Source: Haliotis rubra
Taxonomy: Eukaryota
Length of the DNA stretch: 64,000 bases
Assembly: GCF_003918875.1 (NCBI RefSeq)
Contig: NW_025766925.1
Location: 434,001 to 498,000, forward strand
Direction of reading: 5' to 3'
In this document: one piece after another, positions 41,419 to 54,128 of the stretch
How positions within the stretch are numbered: the stretch's first letter is position 1
How the letters are laid out: each line of letters begins with the position of its first letter
The notes under the pieces: model-generated
Seen by the model: the letters and a program-made list of their open reading frames with translations, nothing else
Databases searched by the model: none
Told to the model about the DNA's origin: nothing
Made by a program: the position numbers and the translations under genes

Positions 41419-43581
41419 GATACCTAAAACCGCAGTTACACAGATCTTAAGCATTTACCGGTCTTATGAACAAAGGAGCACGGGCTCAGTGCTGCCCAAA
41501 CCAAAGATATTCATGTAATCAGGATGAACAAGGATTCCAACCTACGATCACGAATCCTGACATATCGAAGAGACCTTTTCCATGCTCGTATTGTTGACGG
41601 GAACCAAGTTAATATTGTATCTATATTTTTCAAAAGAATATCAGAACGTGATGACTAGACTTTGATATATGAATGTCGGTAAGGAGAGGGTTAGACTAAC
41701 AACTAGTCTCTGAAATGAACATATTTTACTGGAAAAAGTTCATAGTAAAAAAAATATAATATAATGAAAAGGCGTCCTGAGACTTTCTTCATTTCCTGAA
41801 GCTGAGGAAATCTAGACTTGCCACATTTTCTAGACTTGCGTGGGCTTTCTTGGATATATTTGCTTCAGGGTCTGTACGACAGACTAGGAGAGGGTCCCAT
41901 TCATTGTATGTTTGTAACGCCGTCTAACATCTATGTGACAGTATATGACAAATAGTCAGACCACATCGGCCGGTTGCTGTGTCTATATTCCCATAGGGTG
42001 TAATGCTGTTTAACACGGGACTGTGTGGTAATTCAGTCATATTGATACGGTGTACAATGTACGATTCCCACATTCGCACAATGATGGCTTAATGGCGAAC
42101 ATTTTTATGAAGCATTCGAGCTGAAATTGGTTGTGTATAAAGACACTGTACTTGTCTTGTTTACCTATACGACAATCGCCTTTGAAATGAGATCCGTTCA
42201 GTTATACCGACAAACAAAAAGCCTTCAATAAAGAAATATGCCGACAATTGAGAAACGTGTAATTATGTTAACAGGCGGTTTGGGACTATTAATTTACACG
42301 GGGCTGACACAGTGTACACCAGTAATGTACAGAGTGACTACAGGGATAAATCTTGAATATCTGATATATTGCTGTAACGTGGGTAGAGAGCGGACCAAAC
42401 TGCTACACCTGCGGCTCATCCCCGCCGTCCCCACCCCACCTCTTTCCCACCCTCCCCACTGACTCGCCTGTATCGTCAAAGAATAGGGACAGGATGCTTA
42501 TATCATATCATTTAGTGTTATACATCACAAACTATATGCTTCTATACATTCAACCTTCGCTGAGATTAATTTAGCTCACCCAATCGAATCTGAGGCTTTA
42601 CAACATTATTACCACCCGTCATCGTACGTTTTTAGAATAATAAACTCTTTAAAATAAATAGGTTTTGTATAGTTATCCAAACTGTACTTGGTCCTTTACA
42701 ACAGTATCACTGCCTGTTTGATTAGGTACTGTATAAACAACAATAAAACAATAAACACGGTTAAATTCCCCTGACCCTAAAACGTGTATCCTGAAATGAA
42801 CAGGACGTTTTACAATAATGTCACTGTCTGTTATGAAAGTGGTTTTGAAAATAAAAAAATAGCAATGATATGACGCATTACAGTACAGAGTTACAGTTAC
42901 AGTTAAGATAGATTTATGAATGCAGTTTGATTGTTTGATCAAGGTGCGAGCTCAATGCCTTGGTAAGTTCAAGTCCGCATACATCATACACCAGACACAC
43001 GTATAAAACAACCCGATCGCCGTATGCTGGAGACACTGATACTACCACTGCCATGCTGGGGTGGGGCAATCTCGCCCCTGAAGGCGTGTGTTGAATTTGT
43101 ATGTTATATAGCATGATATTATCCCACCACGCACCCACCACCATAGCCAGCGTCCAATTGTAGTGGAGGTATCAGAGGCTTGCAATTACACATGCATGAA
43201 CTGTTTTCTCAAGGCACACCTTCCACTGAAGCGTGCATCAGTTAATAGGCAAATTATTTCTCTGCCACTTCCAGCCCAGGATGACACTTGTACAACTGAT
43301 TTTCTTGCTGAAGTCAATTTGCTGCGCCTCTGTATCAACATAGGGTCATTTAACTTCAAATTATTTCAATTATGTGCCACGCATGTCGACAGTTGCAGGA
43401 GTATCATATGAAAATTACGCCGCCATGTTCGCTCGGTGCCAAGATAACCTTACAACACAATATTGACCCCGCTTGCCAGGGTTCTCACAGAAGCATAAGC
43501 TCATCTTCACATTTAACTGTTCAAAAGTCTAAATCATTGTAGTACTTTTCTGTCGGACCAAACAATTCATATGAGATAAAG

Positions 43582-45860
43582 ATGTAGGGAACTTGTCCAG
43601 TTGCTAGTGACTGCTCTCATTTACATTGAAGGGAACTTGTCTAGTCGCTAGTGACTGCTCTCATTTACAATGTAGGGAACTTGTCCAGTCGCTAGTGACT
43701 GCTCTCATTTACAATGTAGGGAACTTGTCCAGTCGCTAGTGACTGCTCTCATTTACAATGTAGGGAGTTTGTCCAGTCGCTAGTGACTGCTCTCATTTAC
43801 ATTGTAGGGAGTTTGTCCAGTCGCTAGTGACTGCTCTCATTTACATTGTGGGGAACTTGTCCAGTCGCTAGTGACTGCTCTCATTTACAATTGAAGGGAA
43901 CTTGTCTAGTCGCTAGTGACTGCTCTCATTTACATTGAAGGGGACTTGTCCAGTCGCTAGTGACTGCTCTCATTTACAATGTAGGAACTTGTCGTCGCTA
44001 GTGACTGCTCTCATTTACAATGTAGGGAACTTGTCCAGTCGCTAGTGACTGCTCTCATTTACTAATTGAAGGGAACTTGTCCAGTCGCTAGTGACTGCTC
44101 TCATTTACAATGTAGGGAACTTGTCCAGTCGCTAGTGACTGCTCTCATTTACAATGTAGGGGAACTTGTCTATCGCTAGTGAACTCATTTACAATGTAGG
44201 GAACTTGTCCAGTCGCTAGTGACTGCTCTCATTTACAATGTAGGGAACTTGTCCAGTCGCTAGTGACTGCTCTCATTTACAATTGAAGGGAACTTGTCTA
44301 GGAGTGACTGCTCTCATTTACATTGTAGGGAACTTGTCCAGTCGCTAGTGACTGCTCTCATTTACAATGTAGGGAACTTGTCCAGTCGCTAGTGACTGCT
44401 CTCATTTACAATGTAGGGAACTTGTCCAGTCGCTAGTGACTGCTCTCATTTACATTGAAGGGAACTTGTCCAGTCGCTAGTGACTGCTCTCATTTACAAT
44501 GTAGGGAACTTGTCCAGTCGCTAGTGACTGCTCTCATTTACAATGTAGGGAACTTGTCCAGTCGCTAGTGACTGCTCTCATTTACATTGAAGGGAACTTG
44601 TCCAGTCGCTAGTGACTGCTCTCATTTACATTGAAGGGAACTTGTCCAGTCGCTAGTGACTGCTCTCATTTACAATGTAGGGAACTTGTCCAGTCGCTAG
44701 TGACTGCTCTCATTTACATTGAAGGGAACTTGTCCAGTCGCTAGTGACTGCTCTCATTTACAATGTAGGGAACTTGTCCAGTCGCTAGTGACTGCTCTCA
44801 TTTACAATGTAGGGAACTTGTCTAGTCGCTAGTGACTGCTCTCATTTACATTGAAGGGAACTTGTCCAGTCGCTAGTGACTGCTCTCATTTACAATTGTA
44901 GGGAACTTGTCCAGTCGCTAGTGACTGCTCTCATTTACATTGAAGGGAACTTGTCCAGTCGCTAGTGACTGCTCTCATTTACAATGTAGGGAACTTGTCC
45001 AGTCGCTAGTGACTGCTCTCATTTACAATGTAGGGAACTTGTCCAGTCGCTAGTGACTGCTCTCATTTACATTGTAGGGAGTGTGTCCAGTCGCTAGTGA
45101 CTGCTCTCATTTACAATTGAAGGGAACTTGTCTAGTCGCTAGTGACTGCTCTCATTTACAATGTAGGGAACTTGTCCAGTCGCTAGTGACTGCTCTCATT
45201 TATATTGTAGGGAGTTTGTCCAGTCGCTAGTGACTGCTCTCATTTACTTTGTAGGGAACTTGTCCAGTCGCTTGTAGTCTGTCTCACAGTCCCTGAACCA
45301 CATTATTTTCCCTTTTCCCTACTGCCAAGCCCTAAATAAGCAAGTCTAGAATCTCTGGTCTCCCTAGGGCTCCTTTTCAATTTAAATGGGCTTGTTTGTT
45401 ACCATCAAAATTATATATTCAGAGACTAAGCATAAGTCTAAGTCGCTTGTAACTGCTCTCATTTACATTGTAGGGAACTTGTCCAGTCGCTAGTGACAGC
45501 GGCGGTGGGGTAGCGAAATGGTTAAAGCGTTGGCTCGTCACACCAAAGGCCCGGGTTCGATTCCCCAAATGGGTACAATGTGTCAAGCCCATTTCTGGTG
45601 TCCCCCGCCGTGATATTGCTGGAATATTGCAAAACGCGGCGTAAAACCATATTCAGTGCTCTCATTTACATTGTATGGAACTAGTCCAGTCGCTAGTGAC
45701 TGTTCTCATTTACATTGTATGGAACTTGTCAGGTCGCTAGTGACTGCCCGCACTACATAAGATGGAAGGCAGTCTCTAATAACAGCCCATTGCATACATT
45801 GGAAGGAACTTGTCCGGTGCCTAGTAACAGCTCTCATTACATAAAGTGTACGTAATGTGT
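43582..45860. repeat. 44-bp minisatellite (intronic): about 38 homogeneous copies to 45272 plus degenerate interrupted copies
   Basis: Unit TGTAGGGAACTTGTCCAGTCGCTAGTGACTGCTCTCATTTACAA. Confidence 0.97.
45498..45656 (+). mobile_element. SINE family 1, inserted inside a 44-bp repeat unit
   Basis: A/B boxes and family tail; flanks read ...gctagtgac[SINE]tgctctcatttac. Confidence 0.92.
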
Positions 45861-47091
45861 CCATTCGCTGTTGCCCGCTCTCATTATTTGTTGTTTAGGT
45901 AGTGTATAGTCACCAACATAAGTTGTAAGGAAACCAGTCGACGGTAAGACTTTTTTTTTTTGCATCGTGTCAATAAAATATATTTTCAACTGCTGCTTCG
46001 AAACACAATCATTTCTCTTAACAAGTGTCGATCAGTTTAATTCTGCCCCTTAGCACACCCAGGATATGAAGCGAACAACTTATTGTTTTGGTAAAACCCA
46101 AAGTCCTAAGCTGAATGGGTGGGACTGATTACTGGGATAATCTTGAATATATTATTTCACGCCGCAGTTGTTCCAACATTGGGGTACCACTGAAACTCAA
46201 TGCATTTTGGTGTAATCTTCGAGTCCCAGATGATGGTATCTGTGGTGGAAATCCATGGCTAATTACATAGAAAATAAACATGTTACTCCTGTACATTGAT
46301 CAATGAAGTGATCCCGAAGCAGTAGATTGAGAAGCGAGAACAACTGTGTGAGCACAACAGCCTATTTGTCACGTTGTCTCGCTCACATATGTCAGCGTGT
46401 CTTGCCCTGATCACACAGATAAGGCACGACTGGCTTCAAACCATTCTCCTAACACTAATTCCGATTGCGAGTGATATAAGTGTGATATATAAATGCGAAG
46501 TCGACTTGAATTGTTATTCCTGAATATGATTTTGAATAAGACGATCTTTTGACTTGAGACATAATGATCGTATTGATAATCGACATTCGCTGTTTTATCG
46601 GGTTTAATGGGATTTTGTTTTATGGATTGTGCAGTTTGATCAAATACACATGGTTTTATTTAGGCATATTTTCTTCACAGACGGCTAATTCTTATAACAT
46701 ACTTGAAAAGTTGTTTAATACTCTAATGTGAAGACTTGTGTTTCAAGAATGAAAGCTTGGAATCTATACCACACAAAGGCATCAACATAATTGTCATTCT
46801 TCCTTAAACAACAGCTGCGGTCAACCCGATTCTCTCAACTATAGTTATAGCTGCAGTATAGTCAATTGGGTGGTCCTTGACTTCTTCGACTGGTATATAT
46901 ACATTGAATTGAATATATACAACCATGTGTTGTGAATTTCATTCTGTATTTTTGACTATAGGAATCTCTATTTTGGTGTTTATCCCGCATGTTTATATAT
47001 ACACGTTCATATTATGATTCACATGAATCATGATTTATATTAAAGGTATATGACACTATAGACACTTCATAAATAACCTTAAAAATGATAG

Positions 47092-47104
47092 TATGATGAT
47101 GATG

Positions 47105-47150
<46 letters not shown>

Positions 47151-47162
47151 GGTGGTGGTGAT
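47092..47162. repeat. (GAT)n(GGT)n compound microsatellite
   Basis: Direct reading. Confidence 0.95.
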
Positions 47163-50100
47163 AACAATTAACAGTGTGGCTATTATGATAATTATAATGC
47201 TGTCAGTTATCTGCGTATTGCCTTTGACTACCTCAAACAGAAATGGTAAAGGACAAAGGTATCATCAGCTGCAGAATGATTAAGAAAAAGCGCCATGTTA
47301 TAAATTATCAAGTGCTACAAACTATTTTCACTCTATCTCTCAACTTTACTGTAACATCTACATCAACGCGAAACCTTCTTAGGTAAATGAACATAGAACA
47401 AATGACTTTCTTTATTTGTGTAAACATACCGTTGTCTAAATTTCCTTCCAATCACAAAACAGTTTTAGAAACAAGAAAAACAAGCAAGCAGTTCCTCCCT
47501 TGCCTATCTATCAAGTCGTATACCTCGACAGGAAGTACTCTGTCAGGCGTGTTGAAATGCCCGCCTGGTAAGAAGACATTTAATTTCGGAGCTCGCTAGT
47601 CTCGGGGTGAAATTAGACGAAAAGCTGAGGAATCACAGTTGGAGAGGAGTTTTTCCTCTTCTGAAAAGACGAACAGAGGCGTGGAGTGAATTCTAGAAAC
47701 CCGCACACCGCGAGTTTAACTGAGTAATCATCTCCTCAGCGGTAGTCATGTTCTAACACCTAGTCCTTCATAAACCCGTCACCTTCGCTTTCACATACAG
47801 AAAAGTGAACGTTAGGACTGAATTATAGCTTGTATCTCTATCGGTGCTTGTCTATCTCAACTATCAGCGGTTATTTTCGTCCTATTAATTTCTATAGAGA
47901 TCTCTCGTCGGGCTGGGGATCCCCTGTCACAAGCTATTAACATGGTCATTTAGTTGTCTGTTAAAGCCACATGCAGTTGTCATATCAAAATAGAAAGCAT
48001 GTTTGTATATGTCCAATTAAACGTGGCCAAACACACCTGCAGACATATGCCCGTGTTGATGCTTTGTGTAGAAGGATGTAGTGGAATATTTCCTTTGGGA
48101 TACATTCACATTCTTTTCGGTCCAAACATTGCAAGAATTGTCTATAAATGTATACAGGGTTAATTTAAGATGCACTGGTCATCAAGGCCGCTCTATGTTA
48201 AGCTGTCGGCTGTCGACAGCTTTAATCGGTATAGTTAGATAAAGTGTTCAATGACCTTGTGCCCATATCCAGTGATGGTAGGCTGTCTTATTAGGGGTTC
48301 ATCCTTTGATATTCTTTTGTTAGGTGGGGCAGGGATTCTTGATTTGAGAATAATTACCTCCACAAATACAAATATATCGACATAAAAAATCCTAAATATT
48401 TCATGACGGGTACTCTGTGAGACTGAGTCACTGCCTAGATGTGATAAGAATAGCATTGTTCTGCTATGTTGATGTACATCTGTTCTCTCTTACGGACCTC
48501 AGAGCATATATTCTATGATTAGCCAGTCTTAAGCATCTACTGAAACAGATTCCGTTGGGTTTATTATAGCCTTGATCCAAGGCTGTACTGAATGCTAAGC
48601 CCATGAATGTATAGTAATTCTGTCCTTAAAAGAAGCAAGTCTAGATATATAAGGACGCCAGCCTGTTATTTATATATTATTTATTTTTTAGAAATTATAA
48701 TTGAAGCTATTAATTATTACCTTAGAGACTTGTCCTCGTCTAGGTTTGTTGAACATTATATGAATGGATCGCTGAACATCCGTGATGTTACTAGGTGTTC
48801 TGTTCTACCATTATATAAACATTCACCATGAATCTATTCTCATCCCTGGCACAACATGGCTGAAATACTGCCGATGTGACGTTAAATTTAATTGCTAGCA
48901 CTAATCTCCTTTTCAGATATGAAAATTATATGACTTGAGGGTTATATAATAATTGAGCGTTCTTTTACAGAATGAATTCACGTATCCCAATTTTCGACTG
49001 TATTTCGGGAACTATATGTCAATTTAATGTATACATACAATGAGTAATACAAAACTTCTTTTCTGAGACTGCAAAATTGTCTTGAGCATAATTTCCTATT
49101 AACAGCCTTTGTGGTACAATTTTTTTCTTCATCAAATGACTCAAAGGTCAATGGAAAGAACATCAAACATAATACAATATTCCGTGTCAATAGACTTTGC
49201 CTTTGTCAGTGCGTAGTGTCTATTGCCTGTGACTAATTAAGGCATCCTTACGATAAAGATGCGATGTGTTCGTTTGAAACTGGATTGAATGTCGATGTGA
49301 GTGCACTAGAGTGCACTAGACCGTCTCTCTGGAACTGCGTATATTTCACCTACCAGTGCCTTTCTCGTGAACAACTGTCAAAACCAAGAATTCAAAAAAT
49401 ATCAACCGTAAAAAAATACTCTCATAAAGAATAATCGCGTCACAACAAACAATAACTTGCAAACATTCAGTTTCTCACTAACGGGCATGATGTATTGCAG
49501 GGGGTCACGCCGAGAGCCAATCAGAATGATTTACAGCATATGTTGTCGCTTGTGACATGGACAAATATGTCGCTTAGATTGAGTTGTTGACAAGCGTTTC
49601 GACAAAGCGACAAGCGAATTCACTGGAATGAAATTAACGCCCAGAAACTGACGCAGCGTCTGTTGACTATGTCAGTGTTTTAATTGAGAGTTAAAGTCAA
49701 GCTATGTTATTTACCATGTTAATTAAGAGTATGTGCCTCTTTATTCTCAGCCTGTCATATGGACTATCTGTTCTGTCAATAGCAACATTCCCCCCGCTTC
49801 TGTTGAAATATAGGATATGTGCCAGACTGAGAGATATGTCCTCCAACATGTAGCGTGTAGCTATTGGTGCATAACTACAGTTCCTACATAACTTGTAGCA
49901 CCCTGAACAATGGCATTCATTATGGTAGGGTGATAAATGTCCATATCGTACAGTCAGGTTATGAAATACGATTCAATTTGGACATTTAAAAATGAATAAA
50001 TAGTTAAGTCATTTTTCAAACTGATTTAACCATCATCTTTATAGTCAGACTAAAATTGTTAAGATGTTCAGTACGGCTAAAATATCTCAATAGATTCATC

Positions 50101-50825
50101 TTGCTGGATTCATTATACGCCATAAATGTAAAACCATACATGTACTTTCTGATTTCTTTAAAGCTATAAGTTTTAGTCACTGGATGATGGTAGTCATAGA
50201 AATGTTTAGAATTTCTTAGCATAATAAAATGAATATGATATTTTCAGTTCACTTTGAAAATATACTGTAATATGCAGTCGTGTTGTAAAATGCCCTGATG
50301 ACAATTTCAATTATTTTACTTGTTGACTGTAAAATATATACGATTAATTATGGCAGCGACTACCAGAAGAGAATCATGCTGCTCGTCATTAATAACTATT
50401 TAAGGAGTGGCATTGGGTTTTTTTCTGTTTTGTTTTTTAATTTTGTTTTCATTTGCCAATACAGGGCTCTTCCTTGGGCCAGATCTACAACGTCTATAAG
50501 TCTTTTTCTATATGTACGATGACACATAGAAGCTCTGATATTCGTACATCTGTGATCGTTTATTGGAACGTGGCCCAGGGATATTGATCGATGCTTGTGA
50601 TGTTAATCACTTGATTATTTGGTCCACACTCTATTTATACAGCCACATATATATTATTGTTGAGTGTGGCGATGAACAACGAACAATTAAATACTAGGAT
50701 CCGTACCGACCGGATTAATCATTTTCATTCAGCAATTATTTTGCTAACCAAAAACACTTGTAAACAAAATCAGAGTGTATAAGTTTTGATCCTCAACCTT
50801 TTCAGCATATATTTTATATCAACAG

Positions 50826-51130
50826 GTCCCCGTATTCGCAAAATGAGGAAGAGAGAGAAGAGCACTGAGGAGAAGAGGCCCCGGACAGCGTTCACAACAG
50901 AGCAACTGGACAGACTCCGTGATGAGTTCAACGAGACCCACTACCTCTCGGAAGATCGACGCCGCGTTCTGGCAAAACAACTCAGCCTTAACGAAACACA
51001 GATCAAGATATGGTTCCAGAATAAAAGGGCGAAGTTAAAAAAGTCCTCCGCCTCTGTGAAACCTCTTGCTAATAAACTGATGGCTGAAGGGTTATACAAC
51101 CACTCAACATTCAAACCTGACGGAAGTTGA
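50826..51130 (+). CDS. en: Engrailed paralogue B, coding exon 2 (homeodomain and EH5)
   Basis: Acceptor ttttatatcaacAG at 50824-50825, phase 1, joins exon 1 to give RPSA-G-PRIRK. Translation includes [13 protein letters not shown]...[15 protein letters not shown]...[11 protein letters not shown]; TGA at 51128-51130. Spliced product is 185 aa from ATG 36363. Confidence 0.96.
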
Positions 51131-51844
51131 CGTCATGCAAATCAGTGATCCCAAAGACATGCGCATTTGACATTGCTGCGTTCCACTTGTGCGCAAAAAG
51201 ATACAGGCTTGAAGTGCGTGAAGATTATTGATCTATTGGTGCATGATGCAAACACTACCGTTATTCACGATATGCCTTTATGTATATATAGCTATTTCAG
51301 TACTCATTGAATGATTTACCAGTAAGCATGGGAACAATCGATCTTCAGTTTTGACGCCTGTGTCGGGACACCGGGTGTTTAACCAGCTTGAACAGTCACA
51401 GATTGCATCTATGTGTTGACGCCCTAGTCCTCAGATTAAAGTGGTATAACACCGAGGATATTGTACATAGTATACAGCACAGGTGTAACGTTGGTATTGG
51501 TACTGTCAAGTTCTTCATGCTTAACAAGGCAAATATGTAAATTCTCGTTTATTTGTGCGAATAAGGCTTTGTTAAAGAGGACGAAGTAATTGCGCACTTG
51601 AAATATCAAATTAAACAATTTCTAATATACTACTCAATGTTTGATAGGAATAATCAAATATTTTATTCTATTCAGTTAAACCTGTTGTATCATAAAAATC
51701 ATTTTGTTCATCGCGAAAAGACAAAACACAAAAACACATCCCTACAAAAGTGAAATAAGATATAATGCAAACAAAGGGTCCTTATCATAACACGTTCTGA
51801 ACACAAATTGCAATGTTCCTACCAATTTATAGTGTGTGACTATG

Positions 51845-51975
51845 TCGTTATATCCCAAATGCGCAGATTGATGCTCGTGTTGTCAATCATTGGATTGTCT
51901 GGTCCAGACTCGTTTATTTACAGACCGCCGTCAAGTAGCTGAAATATTGCTGAGTGAGGCGTTTAACAACCAAAA
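51845..51975 (+). mobile_element. SINE family 2, 3' half (another degenerate piece at 50585-50680)
   Basis: ggattgtctggtccagactcg...agctgaaatattgctgagtgaggcgtttaacaac. Confidence 0.8.
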
Positions 51976-52992
51976 TACAAAAATGACATTTATGGTATAC
52001 GACATTCTTCTGAGGCAGTAAACTTCAACATGGAATATGTTATAAATCAATTTGGGGAAAAATCCTGAGATTTTTATGTCTTCGATTTCCTGCATCTAGG
52101 ATGAAATATTTTCAAAACAGACACTTGCCCGAAACTGTTGTAGTGCTGTTCCCGAAATACAGGGAAGATAACACACCTTCCCTTGGACCAAGCAGCAAGT
52201 AATATGCCCCAGTCTCTAGTGTGCTGTCTTAGATGAAATCATCCCGCGAACAGACAGACAAACTGAATTATCTCTTTACGAATAAATTACACTATTTTGA
52301 CATGGTTTCTTGAGTTTATTTTCAAAAAATGCCTTTAAAATTCTTGATCGTCGACCTTATCTGGACCCACTGACAACAGCGCTCTCGACATTAAATGGAA
52401 GATTTAGTGCGAAACGAAAAAGAAAACGTTTTTGCATAAAGCGACTTAGTACAGATGAAAACCAAGTTCTCAGAATCACATAATGTCAGTATTAGATTAC
52501 TTTACCAACGCAGATGTTAAAAAACCTTTCTCAGTTCGTTCAGGTAGGAGTGCACAGTAACTGAAATGTCTTTGAATGAAGATAAAATCATGCCTTATAT
52601 CCTGTTCTTGTAATTTGCATACATGGATCTACTCTCAAATACAAATTATCGGCCCCAAAACAGATTGATAATGATGATGAGGGGTGATAGGTGGGTTCAT
52701 TGAATACATATTCTGCACCGGCAGTTATTTTAGTTCTCAGATCAAAGAACAGATACTCGACGCGAGGACGTGGGAAAAACACAGCAAACGATGACAATGC
52801 AAAACAGTTCATGAGATAATTAATCAGCATATTTACATCCTTTGTAATCTCACACTTTTAAGACACAAATTCACATTCAACATCAACTTTATAATTATCA
52901 GTCGGTACCGTCCGAGATTATCAACTTGTACAATGATCCTCCTGCTGACGTTCATTGGCGTCATGAAGACATCATGTTTTCTGATATTGACG

Positions 52993-53150
52993 TCACTTCC
53001 TCCCTGGTAGTCCGGGGATACTGCAGTGGCAGGCGTCTCCGCCCAGCTGGATGGAACACAGATAGTCGCAGATGTCTGTCGTGGTAGATGGCGCGGGTGT
53101 CGTCTGGGAGTGGTGGGTGTGATTGTTTTGAACTGCCCGTTCCTGGATAT
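52993..53150 (-). CDS. Secreted Cys-rich peptide precursor, last coding exon
   Basis: Acceptor ctttattcccAG (53152-53151). Phase-1 translation (H)IQERAVQNNHTHHSQTTPAPSTTTDICDYLCSIQLGGDACHCSIPGLPGRK*. Candidate AATAAA on the minus strand at 52320-52315. Confidence 0.82.
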
Positions 53151-53953
53151 CTGGGAATAAAGCGACATGGACGTTAAGAGTACAAGAAGATGGACATCGG
53201 TTACAAAATATCGATATATGCAGGATTAAAATAATCGAAGACGTACAATGGTTTCGCGGCTATTCACCCTTTACATATAGTCGTTACTCAATATCATCAC
53301 TGTTTCAAAGATCCAGCTGTATGATTTTAACAACTGTTTTGCCTTTCGGTATATTTGATTTGTTTAGCTATCTATCTCAAGACAATGTTTTGTCTTCAAC
53401 GCTCTATAGAATTTGTTTCTGCAAACAGACTGATTATTTTTGGCATTTACTTTGACTCAAACAAAGAATTACTATTCAACTTGGAGCTTTTAAGAACTTT
53501 AAATCAGTGTATGACAAACCTTTCTGGAATATTATATATTACACAAAAGAAGCTAAAGATCAACCGATGTTAGACAGGATATGCAGCAAGCCACAGTTGA
53601 AACGAACTCAAGAGGGATGTCTGATTCTAGTTCGATATAACCGCACTTTGTTATACGTTTCTCGACTAAAATATACAACAGGTGACCGAACAAAAGTTGG
53701 TTCTATCCGCCAGTTCGAACTCGTGACAAAACATTTATCCATCACCGCTACGAAATTTGTTCTGATATAACAAATCATCACCAGTAATCACAAATGTAAT
53801 GTGTTAAATCGAGATGATTAATAAACAAATAACAAAAATTATACACGCATATCGATTTAATTCTTTGTCACCTTTTAGAGCGAGTTTTACTTATCATCAT
53901 AAGTGTATGCATTCAAACACATAGGGGAAACAGAATAAAATCTTCGTACTAAC

Positions 53954-54128
53954 GATCAAATCTGATGAGGTCTCCACTCTTGACACTGGAACAGTCGCAG
54001 TGGTCCGGCGTCCTCACGTAGGGGAATTCATCCCCACGAGAACAGAAGATGACGCATACCAGTGGGGAGGCGTACACGTAGCACGCTGACAGCGCCAACG
54101 TTGCCAGGATGGGCACACACGACCGCAT
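53954..54128 (-). CDS. Secreted Cys-rich peptide precursor, first coding exon (signal peptide)
   Basis: ATG at 54128; MRSCVPILATLALSACYVYA-SPLVCVIFCSRGDEFPYVRTPDHCDCSSVKSGDLIRFD; phase-1 donor C|GTTAGT at 53953. An upstream acceptor gtttatttcccAG at 54198-54197 implies a further 5' non-coding exon. Confidence 0.82.

Noticed and set aside
43582-45272. CRISPR-like regular arrays (also the 26-, 32-, 34- and 67-bp arrays)
   Set aside because: Head-to-tail units with no unique spacers, no cas genes and a eukaryotic context.
50786-50825. N-terminal extension of the homeobox ORF ([13 protein letters not shown])
   Set aside because: TTG-started read-through of the intron's pyrimidine tract; the exon starts at 50826.
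52833-53168. 111-aa minus-strand ORF in the track
   Set aside because: Wrong frame of the peptide-gene last exon; the splice-compatible frame gives the Cys module and GRK-stop.
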